Source: Perkinsus olseni
Taxonomy: Eukaryota
DNA: 20,000 nucleotides
Reading direction: 5' to 3'
Assembly (NCBI GenBank): GCA_013115125.1
Contig: JABANN010000104.1
Location: 52,141 to 72,140 of the forward strand
How positions within the stretch are numbered: the first letter of the stretch is position 1; every line of letters starts with the position of its first letter. The notes under the pieces are model-generated. The model was not told the origin of the DNA. It was given only the letters and a program-made list of their open reading frames with translations, and did no database searches. Both the position numbers and the translations under genes were made by a program. Positions 9,306-20,000 of this stretch are shown here, in pieces.

Positions 9306-11281
9306 ATGATACCTACCGGTCATGTTTTTAAGGCATGCTGCAGCACTCCCACCACCCTCCGTATGGTAGCCGCAGCCTGGTCACAGCGAGGGCTCGCCGC
9401 ATGCAATCCAGCCCGTCGTCGTGTTTACTCAACTACACCCGGTAGCATGAGAGAGGCTCTGCTCTTGATACATCGGACACCATGCTCAGCGTGTCACATT
9501 GATGTAGGTAGTGATGCTGCTCCCCGGATATGGAATGATAATAAGCGAGGGGGGTCCATGGACTTTAGGAGGTCTACAGCACTAGCGCCCTACCTACCGC
9601 TCAGCAGTGCTATATCGACGAAGGTGAGCAACGTTATGGTTGCTCAATGTGAGCGGCCGTACAGTCGCCATCACTGTTTGCAGGTGAACTCCTGTAGTGG
9701 ACCATTAGGTGGTCATCGGCAGCAGGTCAGGCTATACCGCTCTTCGTCACAATACAATATACAACATAGCGGCCAGCAACAGCCTTCTGGCAGCGGCAAT
9801 TGGTGGTCTAAAGTTATTGGTGTATCAGCTGCAGGATACGCTGTTATGAAGCTCAAAGGGTTGAAGATATTGATACCCGTATTGAAGTTCTCCAAGGCAG
9901 GGCCTTTGCTCAGCATGTGTGTATCAACACTGGCATACGGAGCTGTCTTTGGATGGCAGTAAGTAGTTCTGCAGGGACCATCCTCGGACCGTCATCGTGC
10001 CGCCATCATCATAAGGTTCGGTACGGGTATGGTTGGGTTGATATTCATCCACGAACTAGGGCATGCTCTGATGATGAGGAGGCTAGGGGTACCGACCGGC
10101 CCTATGGTGTTCATACCATTCATGGGGGCATCCGTCGAGATGCGTAAACACCCTTCTAGTGGTGAGCCATTCTCCGCCATCCTCATCCGCTCTAGCCATT
10201 CTTCATCTCTCAGCCTACCAAGAAGCCCTGATAGCTCTAGCAGGCCCAGTCCTCGGCTCCCTCGGTGTCCTCCCTATCGCTGCTTATGGTGCTGCTACAG
10301 GTACCACCCCTACAACGGGAAGTTGGATCCATTCACCGTTGCTGTCATCTCACAGGTTCCCAGCTAGCCTTCGCCCTCTCCCATTTCGGTTATATGATAA
10401 ACCTATTCAACCTTCTCCCAGTGGGCCAACTGGATGGTGGTCGAGTAGCTGGAAGCCTGAACAGATGGTTCCTGCCTGCAGGTCGGTGGGTCTGCTCTGT
10501 GCCCTTCTCAGTAGCGCTGCCTGCATAGGTTTGGCAATATGTGGTAGTATGATATACTTCACGCCCTACTGCTCTCCCATCATGTACCTGGTGTTCCTCG
10601 GCGGCGCTTATACAACGTAAACACAGTGTAGCATCAGCGGCTGCTGCCCATGGCTGGTGGGCGTGATCTCAGGTATCAACGGTTCTTCGGTACGGGTGAT
10701 ATGCCACCCTACTACTACAACATGACCAATGCACAAAAAGCCTGCATATCAACAGGGTAGTAGTAGTAGTAGTTAACCCATCAACACCACATTCCGTGTT
10801 AGTGATCTGGCATAGGCACTCCCTGCCTTAGGTACTTCGGCCTGATCGCTGCCCTCATGTATGGTATGTACGAGAATGATAAGCAAAGGAAGAGCCCTAA
10901 GCAGCTTCAGAGGGAGCTAGGCATCAACCTTGGTGGTGGCTCTTGGGGGCAGTCTCTCATCAATCATGGTGAGAGTACAGTTGGAAGGAGCGGCGGTGAT
11001 GATGATGAGGTGGGGCAAGCACCACTAACACTCCTGCTGCTACGCTAATGGTGGCTGGCCCTCCTCAGTACGGCAGAGGCCTCTGGTATGACAATGATGA
11101 TGATGTCTATGGTTGGAATACCACTCCTCGCCAACATCATCATGGTTGGACTAGTACTTCCTCCGCTACGGTAACTACTGAGACCTACGACCCAGTACAT
11201 GGTTGGAGGAGGACCACTACAGTATACGATGGCTCTCCACACCCATTCAACTCTACTACTTCCTCCGGGCCCTTCATCTGA
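9306..11281 (+). CDS. Peptidase M50 (site-2 protease) intramembrane zinc metalloprotease with a long N-terminal extension, 8 exons
   Basis: Exons 9306-9958, 10016-10161, 10214-10300, 10356-10481, 10529-10616, 10673-10756, 10832-11009, 11069-11281 (all GT-AG). Spliced core: YGAVFGWQFGTGMVGLIFIHELGHALMMRRLGVPTGPMVFIPFMGASV...EALIALAGPVLG...GYMINLFNLLPVGQLDGGRV. This carries HExxH, AGP and NxxPxxxLDG. Confidence 0.92.
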
Positions 11282-11426
11282 TTTTATATACCAACATAAC
11301 CTGTCATCCTTGCTCCTCATTGCCATGTTGATGTTGTGGTAATTGCAGGAGTCGATGGTCAATTAGCCTGTTTGATGACAGTTTATAGTTTTGTCACTCC
11401 AGTTTCCCTCCGCTAAGCAAGAGGCT

Positions 11427-14400
11427 ATGAGAGGGCGTAGTGGCACTCTTAGTAACATCATCGCCCTACTTTCATGTATTCTTTCAGTCGGCGAAGTGCT
11501 CGGCCCGCTGGACACGCGCACTGCCTCCGAGTCACAGCAGCAGTCGGAGCCGCCAACATCACCTGCGATAGGGGCCGCAGAGGTGGGACCCCAGGCCTCA
11601 TCTTCTCGCCCGGAGAGCACGTCATCGTCCTACTCACCTGATACTGCTGCTACTCATCACCACTTCCCACAGCTGGACGTAGCCAGTATACTAGGCCAAA
11701 GTAAACCGGAACAGTGAAAAAGTGATCCACGCCGTTCCAATCCTGGGGGTAGGTGCATCTCGGCTACTGAGTGACAGGAGCTACGAGAAGAGGAGTATGG
11801 CGGCCCACGAGGTAGAGTCACGTGTTAAGCAAGCCTTGCAGCAGAGAGACTACTACGGCCGAGAGCAGCATACCCCTACAACAACCACAGTCAATATAGC
11901 GTCAATTATAACAGTAGCTGGCGGCACCAGTGCTGGAGCCCCACACCACTATCTCTGATCAGGTCCTCACATCCACCAGCTTCACCAAGTCCCCATACCC
12001 TAATGCACGTAAAGGAGGCTTGTTGGGCTTGGCCAGTGTTGCTATTGCCCTCGAGAACAGGAATCTTGACCCATTCCTGGACAGCCTCATAGCACCGGTA
12101 GCTGCTCCCTCACCTCTCACGGTATGAGTATGGCCCGTCAATAGGTATTGTACTTGTTCGACGACGATGACAACAGGTGCCGATACTACGCCTGTGAGGC
12201 TATGTTCAATATAAGCAAAGTGGCCAGGGGCTTGCTCCTGAAGGGGAGGAGGATGTGCCTAGTACTACGTCTACACTAACTCCATCACTGTGCAAGGAGT
12301 GTGTTGCCATCAGGCACTGGATGGGGTGTGTAGACTGGTGGCCGATGTTGACCAGGAGGTGAAGTCTGGTGCACAGTACTTGGATAGGCTCCTCAAGGAT
12401 ATAGTATCCGATGTTAGTAATAGACCCTTCATTATACGAGAGATACCAACAGGGGATGAGGATAAGGATGAGGAGGAGGAGGTACACCACCACCACCACC
12501 ACCATCGCCGCCGCCCACAAGCGTCAACTGCTCATCATCAGTTATTACCCTCTCCTGTGACCACCGGGCCTGGCATGTACCCCGAGGATTCGGCAACCTC
12601 GACCACGAGTTGTGATGTCCTCCCCCCAGCCATTAGCGCTGCTGCTGCTATCGACAACAACTGTATCAACGTGATATCAACACCACAATCTCCAGCCCTG
12701 CCTGAGGACCCACAGGGCCAACGTTTGATGCATCTACCAGCATTAACTCGTCAGGAGGACGGTAAGTGTTGAGAGGTGGTAGCGGTGGGCTAGTACTGCT
12801 GGTCAGGCCTCTTCGATTTGGGTGCCTTTATTGGTCGCATTGCAGCACACCTCCGGGTAGTGAACCCTTTCATCAAGCAATTGACCATGTCCTGGATATC
12901 GGTCGGTTGCCCATCATGGGGGTCAGCGTGTATTATCCTTCACAGGTGCTACATTCACTGCCCACCACTCGGAACCTGTTACTGCTGCATTTACCCCTCT
13001 TCCTTGGTACCCTCTTCTCCCTCCAGCGTGATCCAACTCGCGGAGATCTCCGTCATACTGCCGATCAAGTACAGCAACAACAATAACGGCGGCGGGGGCA
13101 GTCAGGGAGAGCATCTCTGCTGTAGGTCCTCGGTGAATTCCTGGAGGATTTGACGTCCTCGGCAACAGCACTGACCCCTGATAATGATGATGATAACAAG
13201 GCCCCCACACCAGCATCAGCAGTAGCAGCCTCGACCAAGCTCCGAGCAATTGTGGCTAAGAGCGTGAGGTTGTCGTCGTCCTCACTGCCTCTGTACTACC
13301 CTCTCTTCTCAGGTGTCCATCGTAGTGTTCAACTGTTCTTCCACTGAGTCCTTGAGCCGTGTCACAGCTATGAATTGGCTGCTGGCCTTCCTCAACACCC
13401 CAGGCCTACTCCTACCCACCCTCGTATCCTCGGATGCTACGGTACTCGAGTGAGTGCTGAGTATGAGAATTCCCTATTGGCTACTTCCAGGCAATGCCCG
13501 ACGATTACGACACTCCGCGTATGGCCATGGACTCCAACGCAGCGGCTAACCTTCGAGCACTCCTCCCCCTACTCCTTCAAGGGGTAACAGCCATCCCTCA
13601 GTAGGGATGTCTCCAGCTCCTCTTCCTTCAGATCCTGGGCTGCGTGGATGCTCGCCAAGCAGAGGTGTCGCGTAAGGCTGTTGAGGCCCACACGATCCTC
13701 CTTAGCGCTGTTGAAGCAATCGGGAGCGATCCTTCCCGGGACCGTGACCAGCCACCCTCGTGAGCATTGTCATCAATTATCAACACCTACCGCCTCCCTC
13801 AGTAGTTACGGCGATGATAGAGTCATCAGCGTTGTATGCCGTTACCTCTCGGGCCCTCTCGATCAGACTGTCACGCGTACGTTACTATCACCACCACGGT
13901 ACGCTGCTTGGAAGGCCTCAGTCAGGTGCCTGCTGTTTGCAATGGGTCTCCCTCTTACTTGAACTAAGCCCTCAACAGATGCTCAGAGAAGTCGAAGCCA
14001 AGCGTGTACAGGATGAGGGTACAAGATACTCTCCTCGAGGGATGATACCTGCCATGGCACTTTCAGATTTAAACTCATCAGAGCAGCCACGACCCAGCCT
14101 CCTAGATTCCGTCTTCGCCACCCTGCAGCACCCGAGCTCAGAGGTCTGTATAGCGGCACTACAGGTCCTCAGTAGGATATCCTCGTTCCCTAAGGATGAT
14201 GAGTAAGGCCCAGTAGCAGCAGCAGCCGTCATCATCATCAGCCTCTCTTCCCTCCCCAGGTACTTCCCCTTGGTTTGTACTAGACTGTTAGAACTACTGA
14301 AGACTAACAGGAAGTCGGTGACGCTGGCCGATGAAGTGGACGAGGACGCCACCCACCTCCACAACCCCCCTCAGACAGCTGGCTCTGAGGACGGAGGAGA

Positions 14401-15483
14401 TGCTCACCAACATAATCATCAGCAGCAGCTGCAGGGGCTACAGTCCTTGGCCTTGAGGTGCCCCTCTCTTCCCAATCTTGTATGGCAGAGTGTCCATCAC
14501 GACAGGTACCGGCTGATAATCCGTCATTTATGCTGTCACATCGACGTGGAACGCTTTTATCGTCACATAGCGCTCAATTTACAGCGGGATGAGGACGACG
14601 CGGAGTTCAAGAGCATCGCCGTCTACCTCTTCAACTGGATACTACTTACCGGTATTACTACCACTACTACCATTGCTTTCGCGCTCATTGCTCATCCTTA
14701 ATTGGCAGCACCGGAGACCAATACCCTCCGCGATGCCTTGCATGCTGATGCCAATACTCGAGAGGCACTATCATTCACTTGGCAGCAGCTGACCGACCTA
14801 GCCGCCTCCAACGACACGACTTACTGGAATAAGAAGAAGTTGCCTCTGTTCATTAGGATACTCGTAGACAACTCCAAGCAGGTCTTGTTCTACACGTCTT
14901 GTCCAGGTGCCATGGATGAGTAACCCAGCCAGTGCACTATCGTTTTGCTTGTGGGTGGGGAGATACGAGCTGGCATGTAAATTCGTTGGAATCCTTGCCG
15001 AAGACCAAGCCTCCATCGGTTCCGTACCGTGGAGTGTCCGCAAGGGCATCGAACGTAGAAAGCGGCCCCTCCTGTCTTGGAGCAATCCTTGGTCAGCAGG
15101 CACCGTACCCCAGTCGACTCCCCCTGCGGACAGTACCGATGGTGCGGAGCCCCTACTGCAGTTGGACCAATTGGTGCATCTCCTCGAGTCACCAGTGTTT
15201 ACTAGATTACGACTGGAACTGCTTCCTAACTCATATCTTATCGGTGAGTGTCACCCTACACGCTTAATTTAACATGCATCGATCCTTAGAAGCACCAGAC
15301 AGGAAGAAGAGGCAGCAAAGCCTCCTTGATTGCCTCGTAGGCCTGGTTATGCTCGTCCCTCAAAACACTAGAGTAATGCTTGATCGTCACGACTTGCTTT
15401 CATTATCATTACCACAGGCCTTCAAGTTGCTGAAGGAAAGACTCGATGTAGTTTATAAAGCGTTTGCTATGTGTCAAGCTTGA
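11427..15483 (+). CDS. VAC14: VAC14 homolog (HEAT-repeat scaffold of the Fab1/PIKfyve-Fig4 PI(3,5)P2 complex), many short introns; start codon uncertain
   Basis: Spliced segments match VAC14 from end to end: [104 protein letters not shown]...[113 protein letters not shown]. Stop at 15481-15483. Confidence 0.95.
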
Positions 15484-15974
15484 TTTAATTTGTTATCTGT
15501 CGTGCCACATTCTTATGATATCGTTCCTTTCTATCCCTCCAACAGGGTTGAGTCGGTCTGTAGTTTATCAACCGCGGAGACGCAAGTACTCCGAAGATCC
15601 CAATAATCGAGCACCTTTGGGTTTTCAACGTGCAAGAATCATAGTGGCATCACGAATCGCGATTGTTCTACATCGTGAAGTAACGTTACAGTATCTTTGC
15701 CTCCGCGACCGCCTTACTCAAACGCAACATCGAAGCGGAACAAGGACCGACTGTGTAGGCACCGCGGATGCTTCACAGCATTTACACACACCTACATATA
15801 AGTGCATGAACAGACGAAATTGCCAGCTGGGATGACAGAAATCTGAATACATCATGATGGTATCGAGCCCAAGTCATGACCCGCGTAGAGTATGATCCGT
15901 GGAGAAGCCACCAACCGAATAACTAGCGTGAACACAAGTCATTCCCAAGGTGTGTGAAAAAGTTATCCTGAGTG

Positions 15975-16038
15975 TCTGATACTATCAAGTCATATCACTT
16001 ATATTATCTGATACTATCAAGTCATATCACTTATATTA
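15975..16038. repeat. Perfect 32-bp tandem duplication (non-coding, AT-rich)
   Basis: tctgatactatcaagtcatatcacttatatta occurs at 15975-16006 and 16007-16038. Confidence 0.95.
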
Positions 16039-16058
16039 ATGCGCAATCACCAACGGAA

Positions 16059-17744
16059 CTAAAACGATCTTTCGACGAGATCCAACAGTCGCCTCTCAGC
16101 CGACGTCAGATCATCAGAAGGAACTCCCCGAGTCGATCTCTTCACTTGATCAACCATTCCATCGATAGTGCAGGGACATCTGGTATCATCTGGTATGAGC
16201 TGTCTCAAATCGCACGCTAAGAAGCATGCACACCGCGCACGAATCTCGTCTGATAAGCGTCGAGCCCAGGGACCATCATGAACAACATGACGCGCGGCAA
16301 TGTGCAGACGGGCCAGATAGGTACCGTTATAGTAGACGGGGAAGCACTGGCACTTGCCCAAAGAGAGAGACTCTAGCAAAGCTACCGCGGTGTTCAATTG
16401 GGAGCTAGTATCCCTCGCCTGGTCCAGGACATGATAGACCGAAGCTATCTTATTGAGTGTTTGCAGCACACAAGCGTACTCCAGCGTAGCGATACCCTGG
16501 TCGGACTTCAGCTCCACCGCCGACTCGTCACCATCGCCGTTAACATTGCAGTAGTCATCGTCTGTCACACCATCCGCCGGACTCCATTCACAACCATCCC
16601 ACGCCACACAAGCATTTTTGATAACCTTCCCAGATATAGATACTTCAAATTTATACTTTCTGAGGGGCACCTCGCGACCACTGACAGGCACCTGAGGAAA
16701 CTGGCTGAGCCACTTTCAAAGCCAGCAGCAACATTACATTCACTTTCCCGTGACCCTCTGTAATCCTATCCGATACTATCCGGAAGGCGACTGAGTGTTT
16801 AGGTAGGGAGGCGTCACGTCCTGCAAGCAGCGATTGGTGTGAGTAGTCCTAGGGATGATTACTACCATCACCGCCGTCATAAGCTCCCGTAGCAAGCAGG
16901 TTAAGGAGGCTGCCACACGTCGTAGCAGTAGTAGCCGTATCGCTACTACGAGTAGCCTTCACTTCAAACTGCTTGGGTACGACCAGCTGAGGAAGGTAAT
17001 GCAGTAGCATAGTGTTAGATGGACTGATGCCTTACTTGACTATCCACTTGGGATGTACCCGTGTATTGCTCCAATAGATCCTTATCCTGGCCTTGCTTCT
17101 CCAATTCTATATCAGCCATGTCGACCTCCGCCTTAACCTGATTCACGACTGATCTCTTCCACTGTTGGACGAAGTAGTCATCATACGGCCCAGATACTCC
17201 TTCTAACTGAGACCGTACAACAACCACCTCTTCCTCCCTTCACTCCCCTAGCCGACCTCACCTCTTTCTGGGCTGCCATAAGCTCTTTGCGGAGCTCTGC
17301 AGCCCTCTCGGCCACCTTGCTCAGCCTCGGCCCATCACCGGCCAAATAGAGACAGTTGTCCGTTAGTCTATTGAGCGCGTCGGCTAGCAGTACACTCGAC
17401 GCTTCCGCAGCCTTGCCAGAGAAGTCCCGGGCGACGACAAGCTGATAGGCATCCTTCGGAATAAGACAGCATTGGTCTCGGGGTGGCTGAACATGCTGCT
17501 CCACCAAAACCACATCTCCAGTTGAATTATTGAGGCTGTTGTCATCGTTGTCGGTATGAGTATTATCATTCCCGCCAGCCTCTTCCTTGCAAGCTCTGAA
17601 GTGAATGCCACTAGTTGAAGCAAGGGTTCCTGTGAGGACCTACTTGGCCTGATGGGCGTCATCCTGTGGTAGGAATACCATTGGAGATACGCGCCAGAAG
17701 TTGACGTCGTTGTAGGAGTCGTCTTCGGAGTCGGAATAATCCAT
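16059..17744 (-). CDS. Hypothetical multi-exon protein of unknown family
   Basis: ATG at 17744 (MDYSDSEDDSYNDVNFWRVSPMVFLPQDDAHQAN...). At least five short GT-AG introns join it to the listed ORFs 17181-17513, 17015-17227 and 16059-16691 without a frame break (for example ...MAAQKE|LEGVSGPY..., ...QVDSQ|LVVPKQF..., ...GKVN|VPVSGREV...). A probable 5'-UTR intron lies at about 17764-17811. Confidence 0.65.
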
Positions 17745-17870
17745 AATGAGCTGCCACAAAAACCTGCTACCCAAGTCCACTACCCCTCCCTCTGACCCCG
17801 CCAACACGTACCACTACAGACTGGAAGACGACGGCAGTTTACATGCGGTCTTGTAATGTACTGAGGTGGA

Positions 17871-19932
17871 CTATCGATGACTTTGCTGCTGTGGACGGTG
17901 AAGGTGTAGCTCTGCCCGTTGCTGCCGGTAGGATGACAACTTCCGTTGTGGCGGGGCGGCTACTTCTGGTCGATCCTTCCAAGTGGACGGTGACGATATT
18001 GCAGTGTGAATACTAGTAGTAGCAGCGGCTGATGCCACGGCGTCCTCGAATGTACAAGATGATGGAGGGGAAGCTACACTAGAAGGACTCCTGATAGCAG
18101 CAGAAGGTGATCCGATACAACCCCAGCCCACCATGGTTACGTCCTGGTGTTATCGCCATCACCATCATCACTACTCCTGCTACTGCTGACAGTCCTGGGC
18201 ACTGCACCGTCTACGGCCTCTGACGACTCAGGTGGCAGTAGTACGCCATGCTGTGCTAGTTCCACCAGGATAGATGAGCTTCTCGGCCGAGGGTCGTGGA
18301 TGCTCACCTACAGTTGTACCACACAGGAAAACGGAAGAGGATTATCATGACGAACCCTCTCTGGACTGGATGAGTGATGATGATGCTCGTCCACTGTTGA
18401 CGACGACGAACCAATCGTATGACGGCCCCTCCCTTTGCCAGGCGTAGCCCTGCTGACTCTTGCTCCACGGACACTCTCCCCTTCAATGGCCCTCAGCTGG
18501 AAAGGGCCTGCAACCCCCCAAAGGCAAGCTATAACTACCAAATCGAACTCCCTAGCATGAGAGCTAGTAATCATCCTCTCCGCCTCTGCCAGCTTTCTCC
18601 TCAGGCCTTCTACCTCTCCTTCAAGTGTCCTCACCCTCACACTCTCATCATCATTACCACCCTCTCCTGTGCCCTGACGTGAGGATACACACAACCGTAG
18701 ACGGGTAGCTGACCTGAGTAGCAGATTGTGGAGGTACCATCCTGCTGCCTAAAGAGACCATATTCCTTATCTTGTCGTCTACGGCAGCTATACTCTCCGC
18801 TGCCTGCGTAAAGGGTGCCTCGATGGCACATAGCAAATCGGTATCACCTCCACCAGTAGAGCACCGCACTCCTTAGGCCTTTGCAGTAGCTGTCCTGCCT
18901 TAGTCAGGAGGCTGACGATACTACGTAGGTCATTGCTGACTACGCCATGATCGGGGGACAACACACTAGTGGAAGGCGATGTACGAGGGCCAGTATCTGC
19001 AGGCTGGCTGGGGGAGACGGAGAAGAAGCATTCGTGATATACTCAGTAGCTCTGCCTCGACGAGAGCCTCCTGCAAAGACTGTACCTGATGTTCCTGCGT
19101 CACCACCAGGACGCTGCTGCCTTCCCCCCTACCTTCCCTACCTTCCCCTGAGCCTCAACCAATGCCTTACTCCTCTCCTTGGCCCGCCTCCTCAATGCAG
19201 CATTCTCCAGGTCCAGGGCGTGCACTGCTAGCTGCAGCTCCATCACATCCGAACCTAGCGAGTGATGGTCCAAACCTAGAAACGTAAACAGCAGAAGCTC
19301 CCTAGACGGATGGAGACGGATGAAAAGAGAAGAGAAGGCTGCATGCATCCCCACCCACCCAGGTCCACTAGAGGGGTAGTAGAGGACGCCTTCGCACGAC
19401 TCCCTCCTTGTGTAATAGCTTCAGGACTATCCCCACCACCCCTGGCTGTCTGGGGATATAACACAGCCATTGAAGATGACGGTACCGAGGATGCGAGGTG
19501 GGCATGGGGATGCACCGCATGAGAGCCTTCAAGTGGAGACGCTGTAGAGTGGTCAGTGTGGTGTTCGGGTATTAGGATGACCTCCGCTGGTGGTGGTACG
19601 AGTGCAGCGCTGGTCAGATGTTGTTGAGGGACAGCAGCATTGTGTGCATCTTGCCGGGTAGTGACAACATGACCGGGTGGTGCTTCCGATGCCCACTGGC
19701 GGTATCGGATGGTGGTGGAGGGTTGGGATATCGACCGACAGACCTGCTGTGGTGTCGGACCACCGAAGAGAGGCATAACAGGAGGGAGAGAAGGGAGGGG
19801 GGCGAACCAGGCAGGTTGCTGGCGTTGATGTAGAAGTGACGATGCTAGCTGCTGCTGTGCTTGTTGCCCATCGGGAGTAACACGCTCGGCAGTATTCAAC
19901 CCGATCATGGACGCCCTCTGATGCTGATGTGG

Positions 19933-20000
<68 letters not shown>
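17871..20000 (-). CDS. Hypothetical polyQ/low-complexity protein with coiled-coil segments; 5' end beyond the window
   Basis: The frame is open from the right edge (polyQ-PHQHQRASMIGLN...). Short GT-AG introns join exons encoding VMELQLAVHALDLENAALRRRAKERSKALVEAQGK|EHQVQSLQEALVEAELL and VRVRTLEGEVEGLRRKLAEAERMI (heptad-like). The last exon ends ...PQQQSHR* at 17871. Some internal junctions are uncertain. Confidence 0.6.
19932..20000. repeat. (GTT)n/(AAC)n microsatellite, at least 23 units, truncated by the window edge
   Basis: Uninterrupted gtt repeat. On the minus strand it reads CAA in frame with the ATG at 19908, giving at least 22 Gln. Confidence 0.97.

Noticed and set aside
1..15483. 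A functional gene cluster (Timeless + MSH5 in DNA metabolism, or RraA + M50 as a horizontally acquired bacterial island)
   Set aside because: The genes are separated by unrelated host genes and share host-type introns and composition. There is no sign of operon origin or mobile-element boundaries.
15464..15835. 123-aa ORF downstream of VAC14
   Set aside because: It overlaps the VAC14 stop, has no recognisable motifs and sits in probable UTR/intergenic sequence.
15484..15970. Possible ncRNA (SL RNA, snoRNA, tRNA) in the convergent intergenic region
   Set aside because: By eye I found no spliced-leader match (ACCGTAGCCAT...GGCTCAAG-like), tRNA boxes or convincing C/D pair with a stem. An Infernal/Rfam scan would be needed to exclude it fully.
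15975..16038. 32-bp direct repeats (and the 33-bp unit at 5028) as a mini CRISPR array
   Set aside because: The copies are directly adjacent with no spacer, there are only two, no cas genes are present, and the context is eukaryotic.
1..20000. Apparent frameshifts and premature stops in RraA, MSH5, M50, VAC14 and Timeless suggesting pseudogenes, recoding or an alternative genetic code
   Set aside because: The breaks I traced are resolved by short canonical GT-AG introns that restore conserved protein spacing under the standard code.

Overview
This is eukaryotic, gene-dense DNA with many very short (mostly about 43-57 nt) GT-AG introns and trinucleotide microsatellites. The style is most consistent with a perkinsid alveolate such as Perkinsus, which is an inference from sequence style only. 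The supplied ORF track fragments every gene, so I spliced the exons by hand. From left to right: the 5' part of a Timeless/Tof1 gene (-), a possible small membrane-protein gene (-), then six tightly spaced + strand genes (RraA/HMG-aldolase family, a low-complexity hypothetical, a possible zinc-finger hypothetical, MSH5, a bacterial-type M50 site-2 protease with a long N-terminal extension, VAC14). Two unknown - strand genes follow, the last with coiled-coil segments and a polyQ running off the window. I found no CRISPR array, transposon, rRNA or tRNA, and no convincing new multi-gene system. The best leads are the two bacterial-type enzymes with apparent targeting peptides, an intact meiotic MSH5 and the co-oriented gene blocks.
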